DNA of 64,000 bases from a virus (lineage: Duplodnaviria; Heunggongvirae; Uroviricota; Caudoviricetes), in IMG/VR virus record IMGVR_UViG_3300017700_000469, positions 64,001 to 128,000 of that record; one strand, 5' to 3'. Position 1 is the first letter of the stretch. Every line of letters starts with the position of its first letter. Position numbers and translations under genes: made by a program. Of this stretch, positions 49,086-58,848 are shown piece after piece. The notes under the pieces were generated by a model. The model had not been told where the DNA came from. It saw only the letters and a list, made by a program, of their open reading frames with translations, and did not search any database.

Positions 49086-49554
49086 CTAGCTTCACGACCC
49101 AGGTCGGTTCAGCGCCGGTGCCGTTGATCGACCAGTCGGTGAGACGAGCAAGGCAGAACGGGATGATGATCTTCAGGTTCGGAATCAAACGCGGATCGAC
49201 CATCAACTCACGCCAGGACAGCGAGAGAATCGCACCCTCGTCCGATACCGCCTTGGGCTCTTGCGGAGCGCCGTCGTGCCAGTTGCGGTACGGGCAAAAG
49301 CAGACGTAGACGATGCAGTCGTTGCAGCGCACGGTGCCGAGCACCTTCGTGTCGGCGATGGAGGCGACCAAGCTGGTCTCTTCGCGAAGCTCGCGGACGG
49401 CGGCTTCCACCGGCGTCTCGCCTTCGTTGACGCTGCCGCCCGGCAGGTTGAGCTTGCCGGTTTGCCAATCGATCTTCTTACGCTCGATCACGACGATGTC
49501 CGTCGTGTTGGCGTGCGGGATCGGATGGGCGAAACAGAGGACGTAACTTTTCAT
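49078..49554 (-). CDS. NUDIX hydrolase
   Basis: Nudix box GGSVNEGETPVEAAVRELREET. Confidence 0.92.
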   Translation of the reverse strand: MKSYVLCFAHPIPHANTTDIVVIERKKIDWQTGKLNLPGGSVNEGETPVEAAVRELREETSLVASIADTKVLGTVRCNDCIVYVCFCPYRNWHDGAPQEPKAVSDEGAILSLSWRELMVDPRLIPNLKIIIPFCLARLTDWSINGTGAEPTWVVKLGE

Positions 49555-49655
49555 TTCAGATGCCGAAGAGTTGCTTGAGGATCGAGTCGAGGATCGCGAT
49601 GCGGATGACGCTGAGCAGGACGTAGCCGATCAAGTCCTGCTCAGCGTCGAGATGC

Positions 49656-50018
49656 TTACTCGTCGTCTTCGTCATCGAAGTCGTCGTCATCGTCGAAGTC
49701 TTCTTCTTCGTCGTCATCGTCGAAGTCTTCGTCGTCCTCTTCGTCCTCGTCTTCGTCGTCGAGATCGTCTTCCCAGTCGTCGTCGAAGTCGTCGTCATCG
49801 AGATCGTCTTCGTCGTCGTCGAAGTCCTCGTATTCGTCGTCGTCGTCGTCGTAGTAATCGTCGTCTTCGTCGTCGTCGTCGAAGTCCTCATCGTCTTCAT
49901 CGTCTTGGCTGTAGGCCGAGACGTTCGGGAGCGAGGCACCCGAGAAGCGGCCGGACACGACGCCCAGGACGCTGAAGGGATGCTGGAACGGAGCGAGCGG
50001 CGAGCGGAAGCGAGACAT
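49656..50018 (-). CDS. Extremely acidic low-complexity protein
   Basis: After residue 38 almost only D/E, punctuated by F, Y, L, W. Confidence 0.65.
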   Translation of the reverse strand: MSRFRSPLAPFQHPFSVLGVVSGRFSGASLPNVSAYSQDDEDDEDFDDDDEDDDYYDDDDDEYEDFDDDEDDLDDDDFDDDWEDDLDDEDEDEEDDEDFDDDDEEEDFDDDDDFDDEDDE

Positions 50019-50068
50019 CGCGGTACCTCAGAGACAGGATGGAAAGTTTTGTTGACGGGCAGAGAGGG

Positions 50069-51262
50069 CTAGTTGTCTTGGGCGTTCTTACGGTCCAAGT
50101 AGTCGGCGCTGATCGACTTCACGATCACGCGACCAAGGCCGGGACGACGCTGTTCGACGAGCGGCGTCACCACGATGCCTTCGCGGCCTTTGAACTTGGC
50201 CTTGATCTTCGAGGCGTCGGCGACGGTGGTCGGGCCGTCCGTGTGCTCGCGTAGCACTTCGCGGGTGAACGGGCCGATGTAGAGCGTCGGCACTCGCTCG
50301 ATGTCCCAGCGGTCGCAGATCATCAGCAGGTCTTGGTAGTCGAGGTAGACGCCGTTGACGCTGATGTCGAAGACTCGCAAGCCGAACTCTTCGGCTCCGT
50401 AGTCCATGTCTTGGATGCCGGGGCCGTAAATCTCACCGAAGACGATGACCGAGTTCTCTTCGTTGCAGAGCATCGAGAGCAGGTTCATCACCGGCTCCGT
50501 CATCAACTGCCACCAGATCGGCGTGTTGCCGCACGAGTCCTGCGGCTTCCAGTTCACCTTGTGTGAGCCCGCCATGAACTCGAACTCACCGTCGTCCATA
50601 CGGATCAGTCCGAGGCGGACATTCATCCCGTGGAGCTTCTCGGTGATCCGTACCTGCGTCCCTTCAGGGATCGCGTTCTTGTACTTGTAGAAGTTCTCGA
50701 TGTCGGTGTACTTGTGGAACGCATCGCACGGCGGTGCGGCGTCTGCGTTGAAGCCCTTCGGTCGCGGACCGCACGACAGGCCGGCGGCGGGCGGCTCGTA
50801 CTTGACGGCACCGAAGTAGGAGTCAACATCGAACAAGTCGTGGATGACACCCAGAGTCTCCGTATCGACTCCGAAGTTGCCGGGCACGACCTTGCCGGCC
50901 GAGATCGCCTCGCTGAACGGAAGGTCTAGCTCGATGGCCGCCTTCACGGCGTCTTCCAGCGACGCCACGAACCCGAACGACGAAGCCCCACGAAGCCGAG
51001 TCGCAGCGACACGGCAACGAGTCGAGACGTTGTGGCCAGGGTAGACCGACGTCTTGAGGTATTGCGTGACGCCCAGCTTCTCGCTGACGGCTTCAGGGAT
51101 CAGCAGGTTCGGTGGGAACCAGAGGACGATGTCCCCCGTCGTGAATCGACCCTTCGGCACGCAGCACTCGGCTCCGAGCACTTCCGCGATCTCCAAACGG
51201 TCGGCGTTCGGATGCGGGTGGATCGACCCGAGGGCGACGACTTCGACGTTGATGGTGGACAT
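50069..51262 (-). CDS. ATP-dependent RNA ligase, DRB0094 (Rnl5-like) family
   Basis: N-terminal IHPHPNADRLEIA, motif I TEKLHG, FGEIYG, REGIVV, VKSIS. Confidence 0.85.
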   Translation of the reverse strand: MSTINVEVVALGSIHPHPNADRLEIAEVLGAECCVPKGRFTTGDIVLWFPPNLLIPEAVSEKLGVTQYLKTSVYPGHNVSTRCRVAATRLRGASSFGFVASLEDAVKAAIELDLPFSEAISAGKVVPGNFGVDTETLGVIHDLFDVDSYFGAVKYEPPAAGLSCGPRPKGFNADAAPPCDAFHKYTDIENFYKYKNAIPEGTQVRITEKLHGMNVRLGLIRMDDGEFEFMAGSHKVNWKPQDSCGNTPIWWQLMTEPVMNLLSMLCNEENSVIVFGEIYGPGIQDMDYGAEEFGLRVFDISVNGVYLDYQDLLMICDRWDIERVPTLYIGPFTREVLREHTDGPTTVADASKIKAKFKGREGIVVTPLVEQRRPGLGRVIVKSISADYLDRKNAQDN

Positions 51263-51857
51263 GAGCGCAGACCGGTAGGACAGAGAAGTGGTGGGAGCGG
51301 CTTAGAGCAGCCGGTGGCCGAGGGCGACGAGGACGGCAATGACGGTCACGAGCAGCCAGACGATGAAGTGCCGGAAGTGCCGGACGTCTTGGCGCTCGAA
51401 CTCGTATTCGGCTTTGCCTGCACGACGCATGGCTTGACGCCATTCGTAGAGCAACACGCTGCCGATCAGTGCAAACTTCTTATCAGGACATGCGGGGTTG
51501 ACCCACAGGCCCCGAACGTGAGTCCAGCCCATCTCTTGGACGGCCGTCTCTTGTTCGATTTGATTGATGCGATTCAAATGACCGTGTGGCTATCAGCCGG
51601 TGGTTTCACTCCGATTAGGATGTAACGTCCGCTTGCGGCGCGACGCATGAACTGTTGAAGGTCTTCCGAGGAACCGCCCTCGTACCTAACGGTGTCGGAG
51701 TCCACGACCGCGACGATTCTTGGCGAATCTGTCGGACGCTCTTTGTCGAACCAGATCGTGTAGTCTGCGGGTCCGTCTTCGGTGAAGAACGACGTTTGCA
51801 CAGGCACGTACTTGTGACTCTTGAGCCGCTGCTGCGAGTAGCGTGTGAGCTTGATGC

Positions 51858-53030
51858 TCATTCCACACCGTCCCGACGCCGCCAGTAGCGGCCTTCTTTG
51901 GGGATGCCGTCGTCGGACAGTTCCCGGTACTTGAACGTGATCGTGTCGCCGACCTTGATGTACTTGCCTTGCATGTGGCTGCCGTCGCCATCAGGTCCGC
52001 ACTTCGCGCCAGCGTTCTTGACGGCGAGTTCGGACATGGCGGCCGTGGCGAACTCGCGATCTTGAAACGTGAGGCCCGAGCCAAGCTCGAACTCGACGTT
52101 CTTCTTAAACTTCAGCGTGCGGACACGCAGGGCTCCGATCTTCCCGAGCACGTTGCCTTGCTTGCCTTCTTTGCCGCAGACGTAGCCGATGACCACGGCC
52201 TCGGAGTCTTCGTAAGGCTTGTACTTGAGCAAGCCGCCGTGGCGCTTCGGCGTCCAGATGGACGAGCCATCTCGGATGACGCCGCCCTCGCCGCCCAGGT
52301 CGAGAATCTTTTCGAGCATCTCGGCCGCGACTTTGCGGGCTTCGTCTTCGTTCGCCGGCAGCTTCGTCTGGCGATGTAGGAAGACGCGATCGTTCTGAGT
52401 CTCGATCGCATCGCGAAGGAACAGCAACTCGCGCTCGAACGTCGCACCCTTATTGACGAACTTGAAGTCGCCGGCGAACTTGTCGATCCGCTTGATGATG
52501 AACTTCTCCATAGCGTCGAGATCGACGTCGAGGCGGAAGTTCGGGTTCTTGATCTCACCGGTGGCGAACAAGTGGGGAAGCGCGGGCGTCGAGTAGACGG
52601 CGTACTTGATCTTGTTGAATCGCGGATCGGGCTCGTCGCCGGCACAGATCGAACGACACAGTTGGAAGTTCCCACGGCCCGCCCACAACTCACCGTCGAG
52701 CAGGCACGACGGCAGCGCGTTCAGGAACTCGTCGGGAGCCATGATCGGGTTGCCGTAACGGCTCCACAGACCGGTGGACGTCCCCTTGATCTTCGGCTTG
52801 CGGTTGCCGGTCTTTGGATCGATGACGCTGGCCCACGGCACGTCGGCGGTGGGCATACCGCGAGTGAGGCCGCCGTCCCAGAAGCAACGGGTACCGTCGA
52901 GCTTCTCGGAGAAGTAGAAGCCGGCGATCTTGCTTTTCTTGACGTCGAACGTGTTCGCAAGTTGCAGGAACTCACGGCGTGGAGTCTTGGCGGCCTTAAC
53001 GGCAGCGGGTTTTTTGGGAGCAGTAGCCAT
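51858..53030 (-). CDS. ATP-dependent DNA ligase
   Basis: SEKLDGTR, LDGELW, EGGVIR, LLKYK, C-terminal OB fold with ELGSG and ITFKY. Confidence 0.9.
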   Translation of the reverse strand: MATAPKKPAAVKAAKTPRREFLQLANTFDVKKSKIAGFYFSEKLDGTRCFWDGGLTRGMPTADVPWASVIDPKTGNRKPKIKGTSTGLWSRYGNPIMAPDEFLNALPSCLLDGELWAGRGNFQLCRSICAGDEPDPRFNKIKYAVYSTPALPHLFATGEIKNPNFRLDVDLDAMEKFIIKRIDKFAGDFKFVNKGATFERELLFLRDAIETQNDRVFLHRQTKLPANEDEARKVAAEMLEKILDLGGEGGVIRDGSSIWTPKRHGGLLKYKPYEDSEAVVIGYVCGKEGKQGNVLGKIGALRVRTLKFKKNVEFELGSGLTFQDREFATAAMSELAVKNAGAKCGPDGDGSHMQGKYIKVGDTITFKYRELSDDGIPKEGRYWRRRDGVE

Positions 53031-53310
53031 GAGGGAACCTTGGAAGAGATGCGTCCGGGCCGCAGTGAGAGAACTACGACCCGGACGTCAGTGCGACGGA
53101 CAGGGCAGGACAGGATTAGGCGGCCCGTCGTGAGGCGAGGCGATCACCGGCGGGTTCGACCCGGCGGTCTGGTATCGAGCGACGATCGACCAGTTTGCGG
53201 TAGCTGTAGACGACCATTTGCTCACCGCGAGCAGCGGCGTAGGCGGCCATCTCAACCCAATCAAGCGGAATAAACTGAACTTCGATCATGGTGTCCTCGG
53301 TGTTCAGGAT

Positions 53311-53341
53311 TAACACGTCGGGGACGCCTAAACGGTTTTCA
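53311..53341 (-). promoter_or_regulatory. Class 2 (ECF-type) promoter upstream of the ligase cluster
   Basis: TGAAAACC-N16-CGTGTTA. Confidence 0.75.
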
Positions 53342-53343
53342 GA

Positions 53344-53721
53344 TTAGCCCTCTTTGTCGATTCTGGGTGGGTTGCCGAGCACTCGGTCCCATGACGGTTG
53401 TTCCGGTTGTCCGGTCATGCGACGCTTCAGGTCGGCGTTCTCGCGGAGCAGGTACGTGCCGACCGCCTGCGACTTGTGCAACTGCTCGCGCATCGTGCCG
53501 ATGGTCTCGGTCTGCGCGTCGATCAGGTTGAGGGCTTCGGTGCGGACGGTATCGAGCGCGGCTGACTTGCGGTACTGGTCGTAGCCGATCAGGACGATCA
53601 GGACGAGCAAGAGTGCGAACCCGAAGTATCGGGAGCCTTGCTCACGCTTGACGACGATGGTCTCGCGGGACGGTGCTGGCGCGGCGGTGGCGACTTCGGA
53701 CATGGGAATCGGACCTTTCAT
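53344..53721 (-). CDS. Single-TM coiled-coil protein
   Basis: FGFALLLVLIVLIGY followed by heptad-like sequence. Confidence 0.7.
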   Translation of the reverse strand: MKGPIPMSEVATAAPAPSRETIVVKREQGSRYFGFALLLVLIVLIGYDQYRKSAALDTVRTEALNLIDAQTETIGTMREQLHKSQAVGTYLLRENADLKRRMTGQPEQPSWDRVLGNPPRIDKEG

Positions 53722-54356
53722 AGATAACGTGACGAGGCGGCGGCGATATGCCCGTCTCGCTCGTCATGCAGGTTTTGAAACTGCCTAACGAGGTAGTCGT
53801 GAGTGTTGACACCGTTGAGCGAGTTCCACGGGCGGGGAACCAACAGGCAGCGGCCGAAGCGTGGAGCGGACTCGAACGCTTTCTTGTTGTCGTCGGAGTC
53901 GTCGATCAGCAGCGTGTGCGGGTCGGCACAGAATCGCTTTCGCGGACCGATGAGGTATTGGCGGTGCGCCCACTTCGGCATCACGCGATTGATCCACTCC
54001 AACTTGCCGGCAAGGCAGTCGGGGTCTTTCGTCGGACCGGTGAGTAAGCAGACGTTGTCTACGCCGACGAGCTTGATCGATTCGTCGATGATGAACTGGA
54101 ACTCATCCGACACCGGGACCGAGGCCCAGAAGACGCGAGGGATCATGTTCCAGAAGCTCGGCACGTCGAAGCGCTCGTAGCCGAGAATCTCATTGGCCAC
54201 GTTGACGATGTTGTAGCCGTGCTTGACCGGGTACTTCGCGATGAAGTTCGAGTAGTCGAACGGGATGCCGAGCCACTGAAGCGCGTACTTCGTACACTGG
54301 TTCAGGACGTCGTCGATGTCGAGATTGATCGTGTCGATCGGGAAGCGGTTCAACAT
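53718..54356 (-). CDS. HAD-family 5'(3')-deoxyribonucleotidase-like protein
   Basis: NLDIDDVL (DxD), LLT, KLEWI, LLIDDS. Confidence 0.8.
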   Translation of the reverse strand: MLNRFPIDTINLDIDDVLNQCTKYALQWLGIPFDYSNFIAKYPVKHGYNIVNVANEILGYERFDVPSFWNMIPRVFWASVPVSDEFQFIIDESIKLVGVDNVCLLTGPTKDPDCLAGKLEWINRVMPKWAHRQYLIGPRKRFCADPHTLLIDDSDDNKKAFESAPRFGRCLLVPRPWNSLNGVNTHDYLVRQFQNLHDERDGHIAAASSRYL

Positions 54357-55051
54357 TAGACTTCACCTACCATGCCGGACTTTTCAAGGAACCGGGCGTA
54401 GATCGCACGCCGCAGCATGTAGATGGTTGTGAACGGAACCCCGAGAGCCGCCGAGATTTCGCGATCGACCATGTTGGGATGTTCGGACGGCGGCAGTGCG
54501 GGATCGCCACCACGCATACGGATGATCTGGCGATCCACGTCGGTGAGGCAGCACGAGTCGATTTGGTCCCGCAACTCGGTGAGCGCGGTCGGATCAATCG
54601 AACGCTCGGGCAGGTCGGCCGGTGCCGTGACTTGATGCGGGATGGACTCGCCGCTCTGCTTGTGATTCCATACGGTGCCGGTCGAGGCCGCGTTGGCGTA
54701 CTCGCGATCGACGACGATGCCGATGGACTTCATCACCCACCAACTCATGTAGCCGGTGGGATTCGGGTTCTCGACGGCCGGACCCTTCTTAGCCATCCGA
54801 TTCACGGCTTCGACGACGCCGAGGAATCCTTCGCTGATGAGATCGTCGCGAAGGTGTTCGACGTGCGGGAAGATGCCGATGTAGGAATCGACCTTGTTGA
54901 CCGCGAGCGACATATTGCTCTCGATCATTTCCTTGATCGCGGCCTTGTCGCCGGCCGCGACACGAGGCCAGAGCTTGTCGTTAGACGCTGCCGACGCCGT
55001 GGAGCCGGTGGCTACCATGTCGTTGACGAGCGCGGTGTTGTACTGACTCAT
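54356..55051 (-). CDS. Second sigma70-family factor (region 2 plus region 4-like HTH)
   Basis: GDKAAIKEMIESNMSLA, DDLISEGFLGVVEAV; REISAALGVPFTTI. Confidence 0.8.
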   Translation of the reverse strand: MSQYNTALVNDMVATGSTASAASNDKLWPRVAAGDKAAIKEMIESNMSLAVNKVDSYIGIFPHVEHLRDDLISEGFLGVVEAVNRMAKKGPAVENPNPTGYMSWWVMKSIGIVVDREYANAASTGTVWNHKQSGESIPHQVTAPADLPERSIDPTALTELRDQIDSCCLTDVDRQIIRMRGGDPALPPSEHPNMVDREISAALGVPFTTIYMLRRAIYARFLEKSGMVGEV

Positions 55052-55554
55052 ACGGGGAGTTTCTCGATCCGCCAGAGGCGAAGTGTGTAGAGGCCGCGTG
55101 TTTCACAGGCTTCACGCGAATAGGGGAATGCGGCACCATCGGGGTCGTAGATGTGGCCCTGCTCGAAGGCCACGGCGTGTCCCGCGCCGCTGCGGGTTCT
55201 GATTTCCAGCACGCCACGTTTGTTGTGGATGATGCCTTGGAAGATCGCCCAGTTCTGGTCCTCGTTGGCGAGCGTCCCGTAGTAGGCGCTGACTTCGGGG
55301 TAGCTCCCCTTCGTCGGTGCGATCCTCGGGAACAAGTCGATCGAGGTTGCGGAGAAGCCCAGCAGCATCGCGACGTAGGTGGCTTCGCTTGTGTGGAAGC
55401 CTCGTCGGCAATATGGGTCCGGCAGACCTGGGAAGATGATGTCCGAGCCGTCGTGTCCCGCCGTCTGCTCGAACAGAGACGTCGGGATTTCCATCGCCAT
55501 CGCGAACGAAGTCGCGAGGCAAGACCACTTGTGTGGCTTGAGTTGCAGTTGCAT
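55048..55554 (-). CDS. Papain-like (C39-like) cysteine peptidase fold protein
   Basis: SCLATSFAM (Cys), GHAVA (His), IYDP (Asp). Confidence 0.55.
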   Translation of the reverse strand: MQLQLKPHKWSCLATSFAMAMEIPTSLFEQTAGHDGSDIIFPGLPDPYCRRGFHTSEATYVAMLLGFSATSIDLFPRIAPTKGSYPEVSAYYGTLANEDQNWAIFQGIIHNKRGVLEIRTRSGAGHAVAFEQGHIYDPDGAAFPYSREACETRGLYTLRLWRIEKLPV

Positions 55555-55579
55555 TGGAGAGGCGGGGAGTGGGGCGGGG

Positions 55580-56002
55580 CTACTCGAACTCGTCGAAGTC
55601 TTCGGCTTCCTCTTCAGCGATCAGTTCATCGAGCAAAGCGTCGATGTCCGGTATCTCGCCCCAACTGGATTTCCAGTAGTCACGCCAGTTAGGCGCGTCG
55701 AAGAGCTTGTCGTAAGCGGCTTGGTCGGCGGCGGTAAGAATCCAGATACCGATGCCGGCGGCGTCCCAGACGGGCCACTTACGCTTCTGTTCCTTGGTGA
55801 ACGTGTACTTACCACCAGGGCACTTGACGTCGATCCATCGTTCGCCGAAGCCACGCTTGTATGCGTAGACGTCGGGGATGCCCTTCTGGAAGGCATTGCC
55901 GATCATCCGTTCGACGTGCCATCCTCTGGCACGCATGAAGACCATTAGGTCTCTCTGGATGAACCACTCAGGCCCGTGCTTAGCACGTTTTATGCGGCCC
56001 AT
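55580..56002 (-). CDS. VRR-NUC domain nuclease
   Basis: GIPDV, WIDVK, FTKEQ. Confidence 0.8.
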   Translation of the reverse strand: MGRIKRAKHGPEWFIQRDLMVFMRARGWHVERMIGNAFQKGIPDVYAYKRGFGERWIDVKCPGGKYTFTKEQKRKWPVWDAAGIGIWILTAADQAAYDKLFDAPNWRDYWKSSWGEIPDIDALLDELIAEEEAEDFDEFE

Positions 56003-56011
56003 TGGTTTTCA
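55981..56011 (-). promoter_or_regulatory. Degenerate class 2 promoter
   Basis: TGAAAACC-N16-CGTGCTA; overlaps the called VRR-NUC start. Confidence 0.45.
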
Positions 56012-56016
56012 CTTTC

Positions 56017-58668
56017 TTATGCGGCTGCCACGTAGTTGGCTTCCATCAGGGGTGAACGAACCTTGAGAGTGACCGAGCCACCCTTCTTTTCCGCCCAGTT
56101 GGCCTGGGACTTGTTCCACGTCATGCCGATGAGAGGCACGAGTTCGCGGTAGGACTCGACGCAGGTCTTCACGACGGCGGCGACGGGCTCGACGTAGTCC
56201 GGGTGGGTGACGGTCATCAACTCATCGTGGACGTTCATCGGAGCGACGTAGAGCGGGTGAATGCCGACCGGTTGCAAGTCCCAGATTTTGCGTTGGACCT
56301 TCTTAGTGATCTGACCGCCCGGAGATTGAATCTCGTGGTTGGCTGCGGCACGTTGGTTGCCCGCTTGAATCTGGAACGCCGCACCGTAGAGAGCCGACGA
56401 CACGGCACCGCCGGCGAACTGCACTCGATCGCGGCGAACGACCTTCACCTTGCAATCACGCCATGCCTTCGGCAGCTTGCGGCTCAGGTCGTACAGCGCC
56501 TTGGTGATCGTGTTCTCCAAGGTGAAGTAGCGGCGGAAGCCGAGGAACGATTCGACATAGTCTTCCGGGTCGCCCCAGACGACCTTGCCGCCGATGCCGT
56601 CCGGTTGCTTCATCGAGCAGAACGCTTTGAACGTCCGCTCGCGTGCCTTCGCGGATTGCGGGAACCACTTGTTCCACTGATCGAACGCCGCCTTCGCAAC
56701 TTCAGCAGAGAGGCCGAGATTTCGCACGAGGGTGCCGAAGTCACCGCCGTAGATCATCGCGAACACGCCCTGCTTACCCTTCGTGTACATATCGTTCTGG
56801 GTACCGGCCGACGCCACGATCTGCTCGTAGGTCTTGCCGGGGTACAAGCACTGCGCGAACAGAGCGTGAATCTTCTTTGTCGTCTTGCCGGTGCCGTCGC
56901 ATTCGCCGCACTCCAACGGCTCGACCGCGACGCAGTCACCGCAGCCTTCGGGTAGCGGCTGCTTGAGTTTCTTCTTAGCTGAGCAGCCCTTGCACTTCGG
57001 CTGCACCTTGCCGGTTGCCTTGCACTTATGGCAGTCCACGCGCGTCGTGAGAGCTTTGCGGAGATCGGGGTCTTTGTAGACCGCATCCGCGAGCGTCACT
57101 TCAAACGAGTCAAAGTCTCCACCGCACAGTTCGTAGTCTTCCCACGCGAGTGGGAACATGCAGCGAACTTCCTTGGTGGCCTTGATGCCTTGAGCATTGA
57201 GACCGTCGCCGCCCGACATACGAGTCGAGAGGGTGCCGATGACGTTGAACGAGGCGTGGAACTTGCCGGCCCGGATGAGCTTGCGATAGAGTTCGACTTC
57301 CTTACCGGCGATCTTCACGAGTAGGATGTCTGCTGCGCGGATGGCCGCCGGATGGTTGCCGTGCATGTCGGTGATCTCACCGACCGCGTGCAGCTTGCCC
57401 GAGCCTTCACAGCGAAGGCAATGTCCATCGTCGTGCTTGCCGAGGCCGTCGCACTTCGTGCAGTCCTCTTCCTCTTCGACTTCCCACTTGGCCACCGCTT
57501 GCAGGTTGGCCTTCTTAGTGGAGCCTTCGAGGATGACCTTCTCCATGTCGTCCATGCACGCACCGATGTACGCGCGGACTTCGCTCGGCTTGTTGATGTT
57601 CACCGGTGCCGCTTTCACGATCGCTCGTGCCTTGCGGTACAGTTGCATCATGCCCTTGCCGTCAGTCTTGAATCCTCGCCAACGAATGACGGGGACCATG
57701 CAGGCGAGGATCGAGTCGTCGTCACCGGCGGGCAGCCGCTCGACGCCGGCGAGCTTCGCAAAGTATTTGCACAGGTCGCGGGTGTAGAGAATATCGTCGC
57801 TCGCGTAGTCACGAGCGTCTTCGCGATCGGCCCAGTGGTCGATGAAGTGCTTGATGACGCCGGGCCATGCGTGGCCGATCAGCTTGCGAGTTCGGTTCTC
57901 GACCTTGTAGACTTCCCAGTTCCGCTCGGGCTTCGAGACGGAGAGGGCGGTCGGAGCGAAGCCCAACTCTTTGGGCAGCCACGCGCGATCGGGCTCGACG
58001 TCCTTGTAGTGGTACTTCGGCTTGTAGCCGAGAGCATGTTCGGCGAGGAACTTCAACCCGCCCGCCGGATTGAACCGGAGCACGACGTCTTTGAAGTTGG
58101 GATCGATCTCGCCGTCCCGGCGCTTGATGTCGAAGACCTGCCAGCGCGGCGCATCCTTGTCGTGGCTGCGGGCGAAGTAGATGCCGTCGATCGAGACGCG
58201 CTCTTCCAGTTCCTCGGCCAGCGCATACGAGAGCGCGGTCGGCACACGTCGGATACGAATATCCGAGCGGGCCATGAGGGATTGGTACGGACCTTTGCGA
58301 GAGTGCAAGAGAAGATCGAGCGAGTTGGCCGGTTTGAGGCACGGGCCGCTTTGAGCCTTCGGCTCAAGCATCGCGATCTCGTTGATATGCTCTTCGGGAA
58401 TCCAATCCCGTGGGCATAGAGAGAAGGTCGTGTAAATCTTCACGACGTGGAACCAGTCGAACACGAGGTTGAAGCCAACCACCGTGTGCGTGCAGACCCA
58501 TTCGAGCAGGTCGAGGGTCTCGCCGATCGGCCGCCGCCATACGTCGTAGAGGACGATGGGGCCGTCCTCGACGGCGTACTGAAACAGAACCATCATCGAG
58601 TGAAGCCCGCAGGTTTCACTATCGATGTAGATGTACTTATCCGCGTTGTTGGCTAAGTCGTACTTCAT
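56017..58668 (-). CDS. polA: Family A DNA polymerase with 3'-5' exonuclease and two Cys-rich insertions
   Basis: IDSET (ExoI), FNLVFD (ExoII), YASDD (ExoIII), DFDSFE (A), KQGVFAMIYG (B), VHDEL (C). Confidence 0.92.
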   Translation of the reverse strand: MKYDLANNADKYIYIDSETCGLHSMMVLFQYAVEDGPIVLYDVWRRPIGETLDLLEWVCTHTVVGFNLVFDWFHVVKIYTTFSLCPRDWIPEEHINEIAMLEPKAQSGPCLKPANSLDLLLHSRKGPYQSLMARSDIRIRRVPTALSYALAEELEERVSIDGIYFARSHDKDAPRWQVFDIKRRDGEIDPNFKDVVLRFNPAGGLKFLAEHALGYKPKYHYKDVEPDRAWLPKELGFAPTALSVSKPERNWEVYKVENRTRKLIGHAWPGVIKHFIDHWADREDARDYASDDILYTRDLCKYFAKLAGVERLPAGDDDSILACMVPVIRWRGFKTDGKGMMQLYRKARAIVKAAPVNINKPSEVRAYIGACMDDMEKVILEGSTKKANLQAVAKWEVEEEEDCTKCDGLGKHDDGHCLRCEGSGKLHAVGEITDMHGNHPAAIRAADILLVKIAGKEVELYRKLIRAGKFHASFNVIGTLSTRMSGGDGLNAQGIKATKEVRCMFPLAWEDYELCGGDFDSFEVTLADAVYKDPDLRKALTTRVDCHKCKATGKVQPKCKGCSAKKKLKQPLPEGCGDCVAVEPLECGECDGTGKTTKKIHALFAQCLYPGKTYEQIVASAGTQNDMYTKGKQGVFAMIYGGDFGTLVRNLGLSAEVAKAAFDQWNKWFPQSAKARERTFKAFCSMKQPDGIGGKVVWGDPEDYVESFLGFRRYFTLENTITKALYDLSRKLPKAWRDCKVKVVRRDRVQFAGGAVSSALYGAAFQIQAGNQRAAANHEIQSPGGQITKKVQRKIWDLQPVGIHPLYVAPMNVHDELMTVTHPDYVEPVAAVVKTCVESYRELVPLIGMTWNKSQANWAEKKGGSVTLKVRSPLMEANYVAAA

Positions 58669-58848
58669 GTGCCGCCATTTGCCGAGCGTGCATGTCGGCG
58701 AGGGAGAAGGGGTATTCAGGCAACTTCAACGGGATGCCGAGGGAGGCGGCCCGGAAGTAGGCGTTGAGGATTTCGGATCGGCGGCGCAGTAGGATGCCAC
58801 GCAGGGCGATCTCGTCGCGGATACGTTCGAGTTGGACTTCTAGTCCGG

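Noticed and set aside
49556-49975. Thr-rich (49556-49939) and Arg-rich (49571-49975) ORFs
   Set aside because: Alternative readings of the GAC/GAA repeat; the acidic frame has the plausible start and context.
56860-57480. Inteins in the DNA polymerase
   Set aside because: Insertions are short and Cys-rich, with no C/S...HN-C/S/T junctions or homing endonuclease motifs.
26730-58419. Long antisense ORFs such as 26730-27617, 19738-20586, 47037-48440, 57352-58419
   Set aside because: Shadow frames produced by GC3-rich codon usage of the real minus-strand genes; no motifs.
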